64,000 nt of DNA from Nitrosopumilaceae archaeon. GTDB lineage: Archaea; Thermoproteota; Nitrososphaeria; Nitrososphaerales; Nitrosopumilaceae. The position numbers and the translations under genes are program-made. Shown one piece after another: positions 30,748-41,800 of this stretch; within the stretch, counting starts at the first letter, position 1; each line of letters opens with the position of its first letter. The stretch covers positions 384,001 through 448,000 of the forward strand of contig CBDATR010000024.1 in assembly GCA_965200155.1 (NCBI GenBank), read 5' to 3'. The notes beneath the pieces are model-generated. The model had not been told where the DNA came from, did no database searches, and saw only the letters and a list, made by a program, of their open reading frames with translations.

Positions 30748-31710
30748 TTATCTGCTTCGTGCCAAGGTGGCTATCTGTAATGCAACAATAATGGCTATCA
30801 ATGCCACAACAGGAAAGAAGAGCGAGTTCAGCTGGGATGATGCCTCCTCTATATTCAATACGGATTCGGATACGGCGCCCACGCTGCCGTCAATGTTTGA
30901 GCTTGCCTGCCGTAATGTATGGTTAAAGTTATCCACCTGCTCCTGTAGTTGGCGCAGCTCAGATGAGGTCTGTGTCAGCATCAGGTTGAGGTTAAGTATC
31001 TGCTCGGATATGCCGCCAATATCCTGCTTTAGTATGGTGGTGGCGACTGAGCCATGGGATATGGTCCCCTGATCAAAGGCCACCGCATGGAATACGTAGG
31101 TACCCTCCTGTTCCGGGATATAATCCGCATAGAATAACCCTTGGTGAAGTGTCCGAAAGGTATCAGTAATGTCCTGGACAGTGCCGTCCGGCAGGTGAAC
31201 GTGGGTGGTGCCCAGCAATGTTGTAGGGTCATTTCCCACAAGTAATCCGTCACTTGTGACCTGCACGAATATTCTCATGCTTGTATTCACCGCCGCGGTT
31301 TCCGGCGCAAACATGCTCATGTGCAGTGTGCGCTGCACCGGCGTATCCACCAATTCAGAGGTAGCAGCGAATCGCACGTTCGTGGTATCAGAGAGCCCGC
31401 CCTGTTGTGTGCTAAGTGCCTCGATAGTATAAGTGCCATAAGGGAACGTGATTGATGCTTCCGGCCACATCAGTATGGTCTGCTGAAAGTAGCCGGTTTC
31501 ATCTGCAGTAATTTGGTCGAATCGCGTAATGGTGTTGTCTGGACCAAATACCCGTATTATAATGTCCTCGCCGGGTATGGCCTGGCCGAATACAAAGAGT
31601 GGGTGACCGGTGGCATATACCTTGCTGTTAGTGTACATTTCCAGCTGGGCGTATGATAATGGTATGGTGCATATTATCAGGATACCGCACAGTAATGGTA
31701 TGGCGCGCAT
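30748..31710 (-). CDS. Membrane-anchored Ig-like/coiled-coil hypothetical protein
   Basis: Signal peptide, beta-rich domains, heptad-rich segment, C-terminal TM helix. Confidence 0.7.
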   Translation of the reverse strand: MRAIPLLCGILIICTIPLSYAQLEMYTNSKVYATGHPLFVFGQAIPGEDIIIRVFGPDNTITRFDQITADETGYFQQTILMWPEASITFPYGTYTIEALSTQQGGLSDTTNVRFAATSELVDTPVQRTLHMSMFAPETAAVNTSMRIFVQVTSDGLLVGNDPTTLLGTTHVHLPDGTVQDITDTFRTLHQGLFYADYIPEQEGTYVFHAVAFDQGTISHGSVATTILKQDIGGISEQILNLNLMLTQTSSELRQLQEQVDNFNHTLRQASSNIDGSVGAVSESVLNIEEASSQLNSLFFPVVALIAIIVALQIATLARSR

Positions 31711-31879
31711 GAAGTTTTATGTATGACTCCCGATAATATGGATTATGGGTCAGTGCCAGGGATGTAATGTAGTGCCAGTTGCGACTAGCGCTCTTGTGAT
31801 CACGCGCTCAACCAGTATGCACAATCTTGGGCGCAGTTGGACTCATATCAGTTGTTCAACAAATATGGCAATACGCATG

Positions 31880-31978
31880 GTATGAGTTCACGTCTTCCGG
31901 AATCTTATGCACAAAAGAACCGGTTCTTTAACTGTCGCGATCAGTTATGCGTAAATTTAGACACAGGTGAACTCATAC
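31880..31978 (-). mobile_element. 99-bp MITE variant
   Basis: TSD TACGCATG; carries AGAACCGGTTCT. Confidence 0.95.
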
Positions 31979-32175
31979 TACGCATGAGCTGATAACGTGT
32001 GACAAATGTATCACAAGATGGCAGGTGTTGAGTTGGAAATGATCGCGAATGCAACCAGCCCCGCTAAAACGTATGGTATTATCACATCATACAAACCCCA
32101 TAAATCGATTAGATATACAACGGACTGGTCTCATCCGGACAAATAGCACATTTTGATGTCAAGACCCAAGAGCGG

Positions 32176-33648
32176 TTGTATAGCGGTCACCATAAGTCTT
32201 TGAGAACATGGTACCTCGCTCCCGGACAGTACATGGCTTTGGCTTGTCACCATTATTCCCGCCCTGACGCCTCCGGTTGGGCGGGGAACGGTTACTCGCT
32301 CCCGGACGACACGCTCTGCCGCCCTATACAGGGAAACCGGTTACTAAACGCCGCGTTGATATCGGCGTGAAATTCCTGGTTACATATTGAATGTGTCCCT
32401 AATTGATCGTGATTTGCTGTCAACGTGTCCACACACGTGACGGGTCTGTGGCTCGTTGGGCGGGTAAACCGCCCCCTCATGTATTTCGCTGGCACGGCCA
32501 CCAATTCAATCCCCAGTGCCTCGCACTTTTGTACTACTTTCCGGCGGAACTCCCCTACCCGGTTCTCGCGCATGGAAAGGTTCATTGTTATTTTGTGGTT
32601 CCCGCCATGACTGGTCATTACTTTCGGTGATAAATCCTCTAGTACTACCTTGTCTGCACCTTTGGTGATCGCGTGGACTACTCTATTCGTGGAGTCGTTA
32701 GTTATGTTGTTGGCTTTCTGTCGTAGTCGAGTGATTTGTTTCTCAATCTTTCGCTTCCTGCGCTTACCTTTCGCGTTCTAATACTCTGGAGTGCGCTAAT
32801 CTCCCGCAATGTAGAACGATGTTTCATGTTGGGAATCATCGTTCTGCCATTCGTGTCAGCTGTTACAGCTAGATGTTTCCCGCCGACATCCATACCGCGA
32901 ACAACGCCGGTCGGTAGGTGGTGTCTCCCATATATTGATGTGAATCTCGAATTGACGCTCCCTATTGGTTACTCGTTCCACTATCTTGAATGAGCGCATG
33001 TCCAAGGAACGATCGATTGGTTTGGTTGTTCTCACCACACCAATGCCCGGCAGGTATAGTTCGCGAGAACCGCGCCTTATTGGCGGACTCACACAAGACA
33101 GTATTACTCTATTATTGTCACGCCGGTGTGGTATTTAATTAGAATGATCCTCGTACGCGCGCCTACACGCGACAGACGCCTGTAGTATGGCGCCCCGGCC
33201 ATAGTTGGATGGTAACTCGCGCACCCATTTAATATCACGGCTCCACTTTGTCAATTCCAGGAACAAACCATTCTTGTTGGACGGGTAAACCGTCCCCTGA
33301 TAACCGTTATAGAACGTGGTAGCTGATTCACGTATAATGAATCACAGACCATATGGTGACTTGGCGGACTCGTTCTTATTCTTGACCTTGGCCGGATCAT
33401 GCTTCAATTCAAGAGTGGTTCCGGGTATGTAGTAACCGCCCAGCGTGATCTCGGATACCGCCCTGTTATACACGTAATCGGATGTGTGACCAAATATCTC
33501 GGCGCGCCGGGAGAACTCCTTATCATTCTTCAACGGTATAATGACGGTTCGAATTATGTCATCCATCATCTGGCAATTCTACTCTAGTAGTGGTTCTATA
33601 AAACTACGGTTCTATACCCGGCAAAGACTTATGGTGGACGCTATACAA
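32176..33648 (-). mobile_element. TIR-bounded element carrying only a tnpB-like gene
   Basis: 27-bp inverted repeats 32176..32202 and 33622..33648 (25/27) enclose the tnpB pseudogene. Confidence 0.75.
32292..33569 (-). pseudogene. tnpB: TnpB/Cas12f-like RuvC nuclease, multiply frameshifted
   Basis: YVYNRAV helix, LYLPGIGVVR, RuvC-I MDVGGKHLAVT, RuvC-II VVLEDL, GEFRRKVVQKCEALGIELVAVPAKY, RuvC-III HADINAA. Confidence 0.85.
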
Positions 33649-33887
33649 TTTCCACGGATATGTGGCGGAGAATGACAAAAAGGCCATAAGAGAATATGGA
33701 GGATGTGATAAACGTAGTGGAGAATTTCAATGACCTCAACGTCAGGAAGGACTTGAGGTGGTTTGAGCAATTGTTTGGTGTTGCACCGCAAAAGTGATAC
33801 GCCAGAGGATGAAGCACAACTGATGCTTTGTCAAGGATGCAGAAATTGGCGCCACCACCCTAAACGGTTGCGCCAATCACACGCTAC

Positions 33888-36593
33888 TTATGGTTTTATC
33901 TCCATTATACTGATACCGTCATCCAATACTCCGGTAACCACCGCATATAACCGGCTATTGGTAACGAACAGGTCAATATCACTGGCCCCATTCAAATATG
34001 AAAAGCCCTGACTATTATCATACACGTGAGTCACTGCTGCTGGACTCCCCGGATTTGTTATATCAATTATCTGTATGCCGTCATCCAGTATACTTGTCAC
34101 AACAACATAGGTCCGGCCCAGTATGGTAGTGGCATGTATCTCGTTTGGTCCATTCAGGACCGATATGCCATTAGCATTATCATATATCTCGCTAACGGCA
34201 AAAGATTCCTCCGGTACCGTTATGTCAATTACCTGGATTGCTCCGGCCCACTTGCCTGCCACTAGGGCATATATACGATCATGCATATTCACTATCTCTA
34301 CGTCGCCCGCTCCCCTCAATGCATGGAATCCAAAGTTTCTATCACTAGCACTGAATACGGGCCAGGGATATGCCGGATTCGTTATATCCAGGATTTGAAC
34401 GGCATCACTATTCGTCCCGGATATGACCGCATAGATCTTGCCGTGTATTATGGCAATTTCCACATCCCAGGCGCCATCCAAGCTCCTTATGGTTATTTCA
34501 TCATTTTCTATATCCTCGTCCGCCACGTACTCCTCCTCATTGTATATGGCACCGGCCGGTAACGGGAACTGTATATTCGACAATTCAATTATCTGCACGG
34601 CATCATCAATGTGGCTGGCCACAACAGCCACTACACGACCAAAATTCTCACGAACTGATATCCCCCTGGCCCCCTCTAATGCCTCAAAGCCGTCCTCGCC
34701 GTCCCGTATATCCAGGACCGGGATGGGATTTTCCGGATTCGTTATGTCAATTATCTGGACGCCATTATCATTATAGCTGGTCACCAAGCAGTATGTATTC
34801 TCCCCTATCGATATAACGGCCACGTCTCCGGGCCCGTCCAGGGTCTCAAAGCCGTTTACATCATCAAATATGCTGCTTACCGGTCTTGGATCCTCCGGTA
34901 TGGTAATATTGAATATGTGCACGGCATCCTGCGCGTAATTGGCTACAATACCGTAATGGCTGTCCCGAATTTTAGTGACATGAATGCTGCCGGGCCCGTC
35001 CATCGCTAAATCTATGTCATCTAGTGCTAGTGTACTGCTGGTCAGTGTGGGGGCTGCAGGCCGTGTTGGATCCAGCACGTGTATCTGGTCGTCTAATGAG
35101 GCGGCCACCAGTATGTATGTGGTTCCCGCTATATCAACGGCGGATACTCCCTGTGCCCCTCTGAGTAATATCTTGTCCTCCTCAGCATCATCTTCCTCGG
35201 GAATGGTATCGGACAGGGGCCTTGGCTGGGACGGGTTGGCCAGGTCCACTATCTGTATGGCATCATCGTCGTAACTGCTTATTACAGCCCTGGCGTTACC
35301 GGATGTTGTTATAAGATTCATGTCCCAGGGACTGGCCAGGGCATTGAAGCGTCCCCTGTCATCCAATATGGTATTCTCCAGTAACGGCATAAAGGGAGTG
35401 GTGATATTGATTATTCGCATGGCATTTTCGTTATACGCCAGTACGGCAGCAAAGGTCCCATCATCATCATAAATGACCTCAACGTCTATGGCGCCGTCTA
35501 TGGGCTCGGTCGCGTTATTCATGTCGGTTATGGGCAATGGTAGGCGCGGATTTATCATGTCTATTATTTGTAGGGCATCATCGTCGTAGCTTGCCACCAA
35601 GGCGTACATGCGGTTCTGTATTTGGGCAGCCGCAATGGCGCGGGCGCCCTCCAGATTCTCAAAGCCCCTCATGTCATCGAACGCCGCCGCTACGGGAAAT
35701 GGCTCATACGGATTGGTAATATCAATCACCTGTATGCCGTCATCATCATGGCTGACCACCACCGCGTATATGCCGTCGGGTGCATCAAATATTTCCACAT
35801 CGCTGGCGCCATCCAGTGCCGTATACCGGTCAGTGTCATCATACATGGCCGCGGCCGGTACCGGATTAAATGGATTGGACATGTCCAGGATTAGGACGGA
35901 GCTCTTTCCCAGTATGATTGCATAAGGGGTATCCTGTATCGTTACGGTCTTTACGTTGTTCGCGCCTTCTATGGCATCAAAGCCTGCCATGTCAGAGTAT
36001 ATCTCGCTGACTGAAACGGGGACGGCAGGATTTGACATGTCTATTATCTGGACCGAGTCCCTGCCGGTGGCCACGCCGTATACACGACTGGATACAGTTA
36101 TGGTGTCTATATCCCGCACCCTGTCCAGTGCCTCAAAGGTGCTTCGCTCATATGTTATGGTTATAGTGGTATTGCCGGTGGCCAGGATACCCTGTATTAT
36201 GGCACCATCCGCCGCCGATACAGTTACTGCCGGAATGTCCCGGACTGCCTCTATATTCCATGGAAGAATAGCATCACCGTACAGTATTATGCCGCCAGCG
36301 CCGTACTCTTGCGCCACATCTATTCCATTATTGCCGCCCGTATACTGGGCTAGCAGAATTGATCCCCGTGCTGGCATGGAGCCATTCTGTATATGATGAC
36401 CCTGTCCTGTGGCCAAGATTATTCCGTCTTCCGGATACCACATTGGAGTGGCATCAAAGAAGGTATTGCCCACTATCAGCTGTGTCTGCCATATGGTACG
36501 ATGAATCTCAGAGACCGGCGATATAGTAGGCGCAGCCTCTGCGGCCACCGGTATGACCAGGATTAGTGCGCATATTATGGCAACATTTAGCAC
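33888..36593 (-). CDS. Secreted LVIVD-like beta-propeller repeat protein with N-terminal PA-like domain
   Basis: About 12 repeats YALVASYDDDAxQIIDITNPxxP..GFxALxGA; AQEYGAGGIILY and IPAVTVSAADG resemble a PA domain; GTG start at 36593 inferred. Confidence 0.75.
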   Translation of the reverse strand: MLNVAIICALILVIPVAAEAAPTISPVSEIHRTIWQTQLIVGNTFFDATPMWYPEDGIILATGQGHHIQNGSMPARGSILLAQYTGGNNGIDVAQEYGAGGIILYGDAILPWNIEAVRDIPAVTVSAADGAIIQGILATGNTTITITYERSTFEALDRVRDIDTITVSSRVYGVATGRDSVQIIDMSNPAVPVSVSEIYSDMAGFDAIEGANNVKTVTIQDTPYAIILGKSSVLILDMSNPFNPVPAAAMYDDTDRYTALDGASDVEIFDAPDGIYAVVVSHDDDGIQVIDITNPYEPFPVAAAFDDMRGFENLEGARAIAAAQIQNRMYALVASYDDDALQIIDMINPRLPLPITDMNNATEPIDGAIDVEVIYDDDGTFAAVLAYNENAMRIINITTPFMPLLENTILDDRGRFNALASPWDMNLITTSGNARAVISSYDDDAIQIVDLANPSQPRPLSDTIPEEDDAEEDKILLRGAQGVSAVDIAGTTYILVAASLDDQIHVLDPTRPAAPTLTSSTLALDDIDLAMDGPGSIHVTKIRDSHYGIVANYAQDAVHIFNITIPEDPRPVSSIFDDVNGFETLDGPGDVAVISIGENTYCLVTSYNDNGVQIIDITNPENPIPVLDIRDGEDGFEALEGARGISVRENFGRVVAVVASHIDDAVQIIELSNIQFPLPAGAIYNEEEYVADEDIENDEITIRSLDGAWDVEIAIIHGKIYAVISGTNSDAVQILDITNPAYPWPVFSASDRNFGFHALRGAGDVEIVNMHDRIYALVAGKWAGAIQVIDITVPEESFAVSEIYDNANGISVLNGPNEIHATTILGRTYVVVTSILDDGIQIIDITNPGSPAAVTHVYDNSQGFSYLNGASDIDLFVTNSRLYAVVTGVLDDGISIMEIKP

Positions 36594-36727
36594 GCCTAAC
36601 TGAGATATAATATGAATATTAAATATTGGGAGATAACAGTATCTTGCGTAAATTTTTACTTGTGATAATTGTTCGCTAGCGCTCAAAAGATCCACGCTCT
36701 TATATATAGTAAGGAGGTACATTTCAT

Positions 36728-38446
36728 GTGTATACTTTATTTTTTGTGATATTGCTTGGATTATTCGCTATACCCGTGGCGGCAGGGAACAGCACGTATG
36801 GGCCCATAGATGAAGAGATGGTAATACAGGAAATAGCCGACAGGATTCTAAGAGAGTTTGACACAAGTTCCAAAGATGCCATTACGCTGATTCAGGACTA
36901 TGCAGGTACGCTGCTTGATGAGGATGAGATGTACGCCTTTGTTGCGGACTCTGATTACACCATACTGGCGCACTCATCAAGTCCGGACTTGGTAGGCAGT
37001 AGCATGTATGATGTCACTAACGTGCAGGGGGCTAACCTGGGAGATACAATAGCGGCATCCATTTCACCCTATGGAGTTTGGCTGGACCATGTCTGGTCCG
37101 GAACGGGTACGCATGAGTCCGGCCGTGTCTGGGTAATGGAGTATTGGGGGCACATATTTGGAGTGGGCACACACAAGGACTATTCGGCTATTCCCATTAT
37201 ACACATCACCGAGGCGGACCGGGATCGCCAAAAGATAGCCCAGGAGATGGTAGAGTATACCATTGCTTCCTATGCTGCTGATCCATCAAGGACCATAGAT
37301 GGCATTAATGACTCAGGAGATGCCCGGTATCATAATGGCGAGGTATCAACCTTCATCATTGATTATAATGGTACTGTAACGGCGCACGGATATGACAGGA
37401 ATTTGGCAGGCATAGAGATAGAGTATGCAGAGGATACACTGGGCACAAATTTGGGGGATCTCTTTGAGGAAAATATCTCGCCCTATGGTCGATGGGTATC
37501 ATACTGGTGGCCCAATCCCGCAGAGGGGTACGAGTATCAGCTTACCATGGTATGGATCAAGAGTTACGCCGGACATACATTTGGGGCGGGAATGTTTCCG
37601 GAAGAGCCCTACGATGAAATGGACAGGGATATGTCATGGCTTACGCTGGACCGTCGGGAGTCGGCTATGAAGATGGTTCAGGGTACCATAGATGCTTTTA
37701 GTATTGATCCCGACAGGGCAATTTCACTGATACATGATCAGGATAACCTATTGTTCCATGATGGTGACATGTTCCCCATTGTTATTGATAACGAGTCCCG
37801 CGTTATAGTGGCGCACGGGTCCGCGCCTGAACTGGCAGGACAGGACTTGAATGGTATTGAGGGAGGAGAAGAGCTCAGTAGCCTGTTTGAGATGGCCACA
37901 CCCTATGGAACGTGGGGCAATCTTGATAGCCTGCCCTCGTCTATTCGCGCAGACGTGCCCATTACCATGCTGGTAATGAGTAGTGGCGGCTATACCATTG
38001 GCGTGGGAACAGAGCTGGTACATCCTGACGATACCCATATGATTACACCGGAGCAGCGGCAAAACCAGTATATGGTGCAGGATATGGTAGAGCAGACCAT
38101 AGATGACTTTGTCCTGGACATGGAGTATACCATAATGGAGATAAACAGTCTTGGGAATCCCCGGTATCATGACGGGGACCACTATGTCTTGGTAGTGGCC
38201 AGAAATGGTACGATAGTTGCGCATGGGGAAGACACTACATTAGTAGGGCTGGATGTGGAAAATATAGATGATGTCTGGGGTGTGAATGTGGGCGACCTGT
38301 TAGATGAGAACCGGTCAGTGTATGGAACATGGATAGAGTATCATTGGCCCAAGCCATCAGACCCCACCGAGCAGGGACACACAAAGCTTACGTGGATCAA
38401 GCATCATGTCGGATACATATTCGGCGCCGGTATATACATTGACTGA
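36728..38446 (+). CDS. Secreted protein with four tandem single-Cache-like domains
   Basis: Signal peptide; four repeats of F(V/I)xDxxGxxxAH..LxG..D..G..G.WxxYxWPxP. Confidence 0.75.
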   Translation: MYTLFFVILLGLFAIPVAAGNSTYGPIDEEMVIQEIADRILREFDTSSKDAITLIQDYAGTLLDEDEMYAFVADSDYTILAHSSSPDLVGSSMYDVTNVQGANLGDTIAASISPYGVWLDHVWSGTGTHESGRVWVMEYWGHIFGVGTHKDYSAIPIIHITEADRDRQKIAQEMVEYTIASYAADPSRTIDGINDSGDARYHNGEVSTFIIDYNGTVTAHGYDRNLAGIEIEYAEDTLGTNLGDLFEENISPYGRWVSYWWPNPAEGYEYQLTMVWIKSYAGHTFGAGMFPEEPYDEMDRDMSWLTLDRRESAMKMVQGTIDAFSIDPDRAISLIHDQDNLLFHDGDMFPIVIDNESRVIVAHGSAPELAGQDLNGIEGGEELSSLFEMATPYGTWGNLDSLPSSIRADVPITMLVMSSGGYTIGVGTELVHPDDTHMITPEQRQNQYMVQDMVEQTIDDFVLDMEYTIMEINSLGNPRYHDGDHYVLVVARNGTIVAHGEDTTLVGLDVENIDDVWGVNVGDLLDENRSVYGTWIEYHWPKPSDPTEQGHTKLTWIKHHVGYIFGAGIYID

Positions 38447-38463
38447 TGTGTCATGGATAATTC

Positions 38464-38562
38464 GTGTGAGTTCACCTGTGTCTAAATTTACGCATAACTG
38501 ATCGCGACAGTTAAAGAACCGGTTCTTTTGTGCATAAGATTCCGGAAGACGTAAACTCATAC
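38464..38562 (+). mobile_element. 99-bp MITE variant
   Basis: TSD GATAATTC; carries AGAACCGGTTCT. Confidence 0.95.
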
Positions 38563-38844
38563 GATAATTCATTCTAGGTAGTTTATGGAGAGAATCATTT
38601 GGGTCACTCTAGACATGGCTCTTTATGACTTCAAATTCTAGGTAGCCAGTACACTGACCAGCAATGGCGATATCATACCCGAACTGGTAATCTCTTGTAC
38701 GGCCTAAACGATTACCTTACGAAGTTTGTGCGCCTCGTTGGATACAGTTCACATGCCGGTGATTCAAAGTCATGTATGAAAGAATATGCCATATGGGTAC
38801 ACCCCATAAGACCAATTCAAAAATAAGAAAAATGTAGTAATGTC

Positions 38845-41800
38845 TTACTCTACTGTGATGTCTACTGAGATTGGTGGTGAAAGTGCAGTTGGGTTGTCAA
38901 GGGATTCCCAAACGAAGGCAGTAGCAGTGTACATGCCTGGTTCAGAAGGTGCCCATGACTCAGCTGGACTGAGTGACTGCTCTGGGTTGAGCGTGCCGGT
39001 AATCCATGCGAGACTAACAACAACACCGTTTCCGTCCTGGACCTGTACCAGATATGCGAATGCCTGATCTCTGTCCTGACCGTTCATCAGATCGGCAGTG
39101 ATCTGTACCTGCTGGTCAACGGCTACAGTGTCAAGACTGTTGCCGAAGGAATCAACCACCCTCAGGTTGGAGGCTGGTGCTCTCTCGAGCGGAGGTACCA
39201 CAGTGCCAATCAATGTAGTAGCCATTACATCAAGATCATCTCTCATATTGTACGGATCTGGGAGTGTGCGGTCTTCATACTCTGCGGTCACAGTGTCACC
39301 CTCGGCCGTCCTGAGACGATGTCCAGAGGACTCTGTCTCGGTGGTGAAGGCTACTGTACCCTCGAATATTCCTGTTGCTTCGTTTGTCTCGGTTACCGTC
39401 AAGTCAATACCGCCTGCGTCTGAATCAGACCAGACGTCAATGTCAAAGTTGTCAACTGCTTCTGGGTTCAGGTTCATGTCTGGGTCGATTACTCGAACCA
39501 CACCTGTACCTGTAGCCGGATAGCTTGACTCTAGCCATTGGACTTCGCCGATGTTCCAGCGGATAAGTGCAGAAGCAACTATGGTGATATCTTCACTGTA
39601 CTCGTATGAGACAGAGATACCATCGTCATTGCTGGTTGCCAAGTATCCATTGGTTGGACCAAGATCGTTGTTTGAACCGCTACCATCGCTGGTACCAGTT
39701 ACACCGCGTGCATCATTGGGCTCGCCATCGCCGTCAGCGTCATGAGCTGCAAATCCAGTTAGTATTACCTCACCGGTGAATATACCAGTGTCGGTACCTG
39801 TTTCAACTAGCTTGTACCTATCAAGATCGTTACCTCTGGTGGATACCTTGAGCGGATCCGTCTCAGTGTTTCCAATCTCGTCTACTAGATCACTGTCATA
39901 GTTGTGGTCAGGAGCGACTATGGTAACATAGACCTTGTCAGTCCATGTGTAGACCTTCTGGTCTAGCTCAATGGTTGCGCCAAAGTCAGATGTCATGATA
40001 TCCAGTTTTACGTCCTCGTCCTCTTGACCAACATAGTCAGCGCCGGATGGACCCCAGTCGGTATACTCCAACGTAATGGCCTCATCTCTCTCCAGTCTAT
40101 CTCCATTAAGCTCCTCTGGTATCTCGATTATAGTCTGGAATATACCAGTACTATCGCCGGTCTCTCGGAAGGAGGTAGGCTCTGGATCGAAGGCAGCTGC
40201 ATTACCACCACGGTTACCCATGGTAATAGTGGCAGCATCAGAATCCCACTCAATCAGGTCAAGATCATATGTCTCAGCCTGATCGTTGTCCAAGTCAAAG
40301 TCTGGCTCAATGAGTGTAAGTATCATATCAGTTCCGATGAGATACGAGCTCTTGTCGGACTGTAGGACACCGTTCCTCAGATCAAACGTTGCAGAATCGG
40401 TCACGGTATTAACGTCACCAGATGCGTCTGTTGGATCTTCATACTCGACTTGGAGTATGTCACCTTGTAGTATACAGAAGTGATCGCCAGTCTGGCGTAC
40501 CATCTCCTGTGCAGACTCATTCTCATATTGGACAGTTGCTGGACAGTTGTTAGCAGATGGACCGTCTGTGTATCGAATTGTGACGTCTATCTCAAATATG
40601 CCTGCGTTAGGTGCGATCTCCTCTATAGTACCAAAGGATACTGGTTCAGGACCAAAGTATGTTTGGCTTATAGTGCCACAACTGTCGCTATTGGAGCCAG
40701 CACAACCTACGATGTAGGTGTGGGCCTCCCGTATAACAGATATTGTTACCGGAGCATCATCCATTGCAATTGAGTCATGTCCGTCTGCAGAGAGATCAAA
40801 GTCTGGGTCGTCAATTCGTATGTGGATAGTAAGATCACCATTAGTTACGTATGCAGCGTCAGTGCCTTGGTCGCTGAATGCAGTACTATGCAGTGCAAAG
40901 TATGACCTGCCATCAGGACTAGTACCCTGATTCTCCATGAGAGCCAGATCACTTTCAGATCTGGTTAGATCACTATCACTAATATCGCGTGCGCTATTTT
41001 GAATGTCAGAAAGCTCATCTTTAAGATCGTCTATAGCGTCAAATATGTCATCCAAGATGATATCTATTGGATCAGCCCGATTCACCCATCGATCACCCAA
41101 AGCCATGAATTCATCAGATAGGCCTGCATTAGCAAGCTCATTCATGAATTCCTCTTCGCCGGGTGCGGGTATAGCATCGTCCCTTACATAAACCAAAAGT
41201 TTATTGTAATTTGCAATACTATTGTTTATGTCGTGGACTGCCCTTGCCTCATCACTTAGCGCGGTCTCTAGCTCGTCTAGATTGTTAAAGTCGCTTGGTT
41301 GACCAAATGGTACTGGATATACTGTCCTATCAAGGGTGATAGAGCCAGTGTTAGCTCCTACGGCAGCACTGTCGCCTACCTCAATAATTTCACCAGATGC
41401 GTCTCGGAAGTCAAGGTAGTTTACCTCAATATCCAGACCAGTGGTGGATTGTGGAAGAGCGTCACCGTTCTGACACCAATCGCTTGGTATCTGGAAGTCT
41501 CCTGTAAAGACGCCGGACTCGCTAGAAGTTTCCACCAGTGTAAACTCGGTATCGTGAAGACCCGTATCTACACCCATATTATTAAGAATGGTCATACAAT
41601 TATCACTGTTATCAGCGCTTGGCCAGTCCGTATCATCGAACGTTACATCCAAGAGTCGACCTAGTGGTCCAAAGGTCTCTTCAACCTCCTCACCATGTAT
41701 CATTAGTTCAGCACCAACCTTACCGTACACCATTGAGTTTTCATTCGAGACTATTGTGTAGATATCAATTACATCAGCATCTACATTGAGATCTGGATCT

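Noticed and set aside
32292-33569. Programmed frameshifting or an active split TnpB
   Set aside because: Several frameshifts and stops plus a degenerate Zn-finger region indicate decay.
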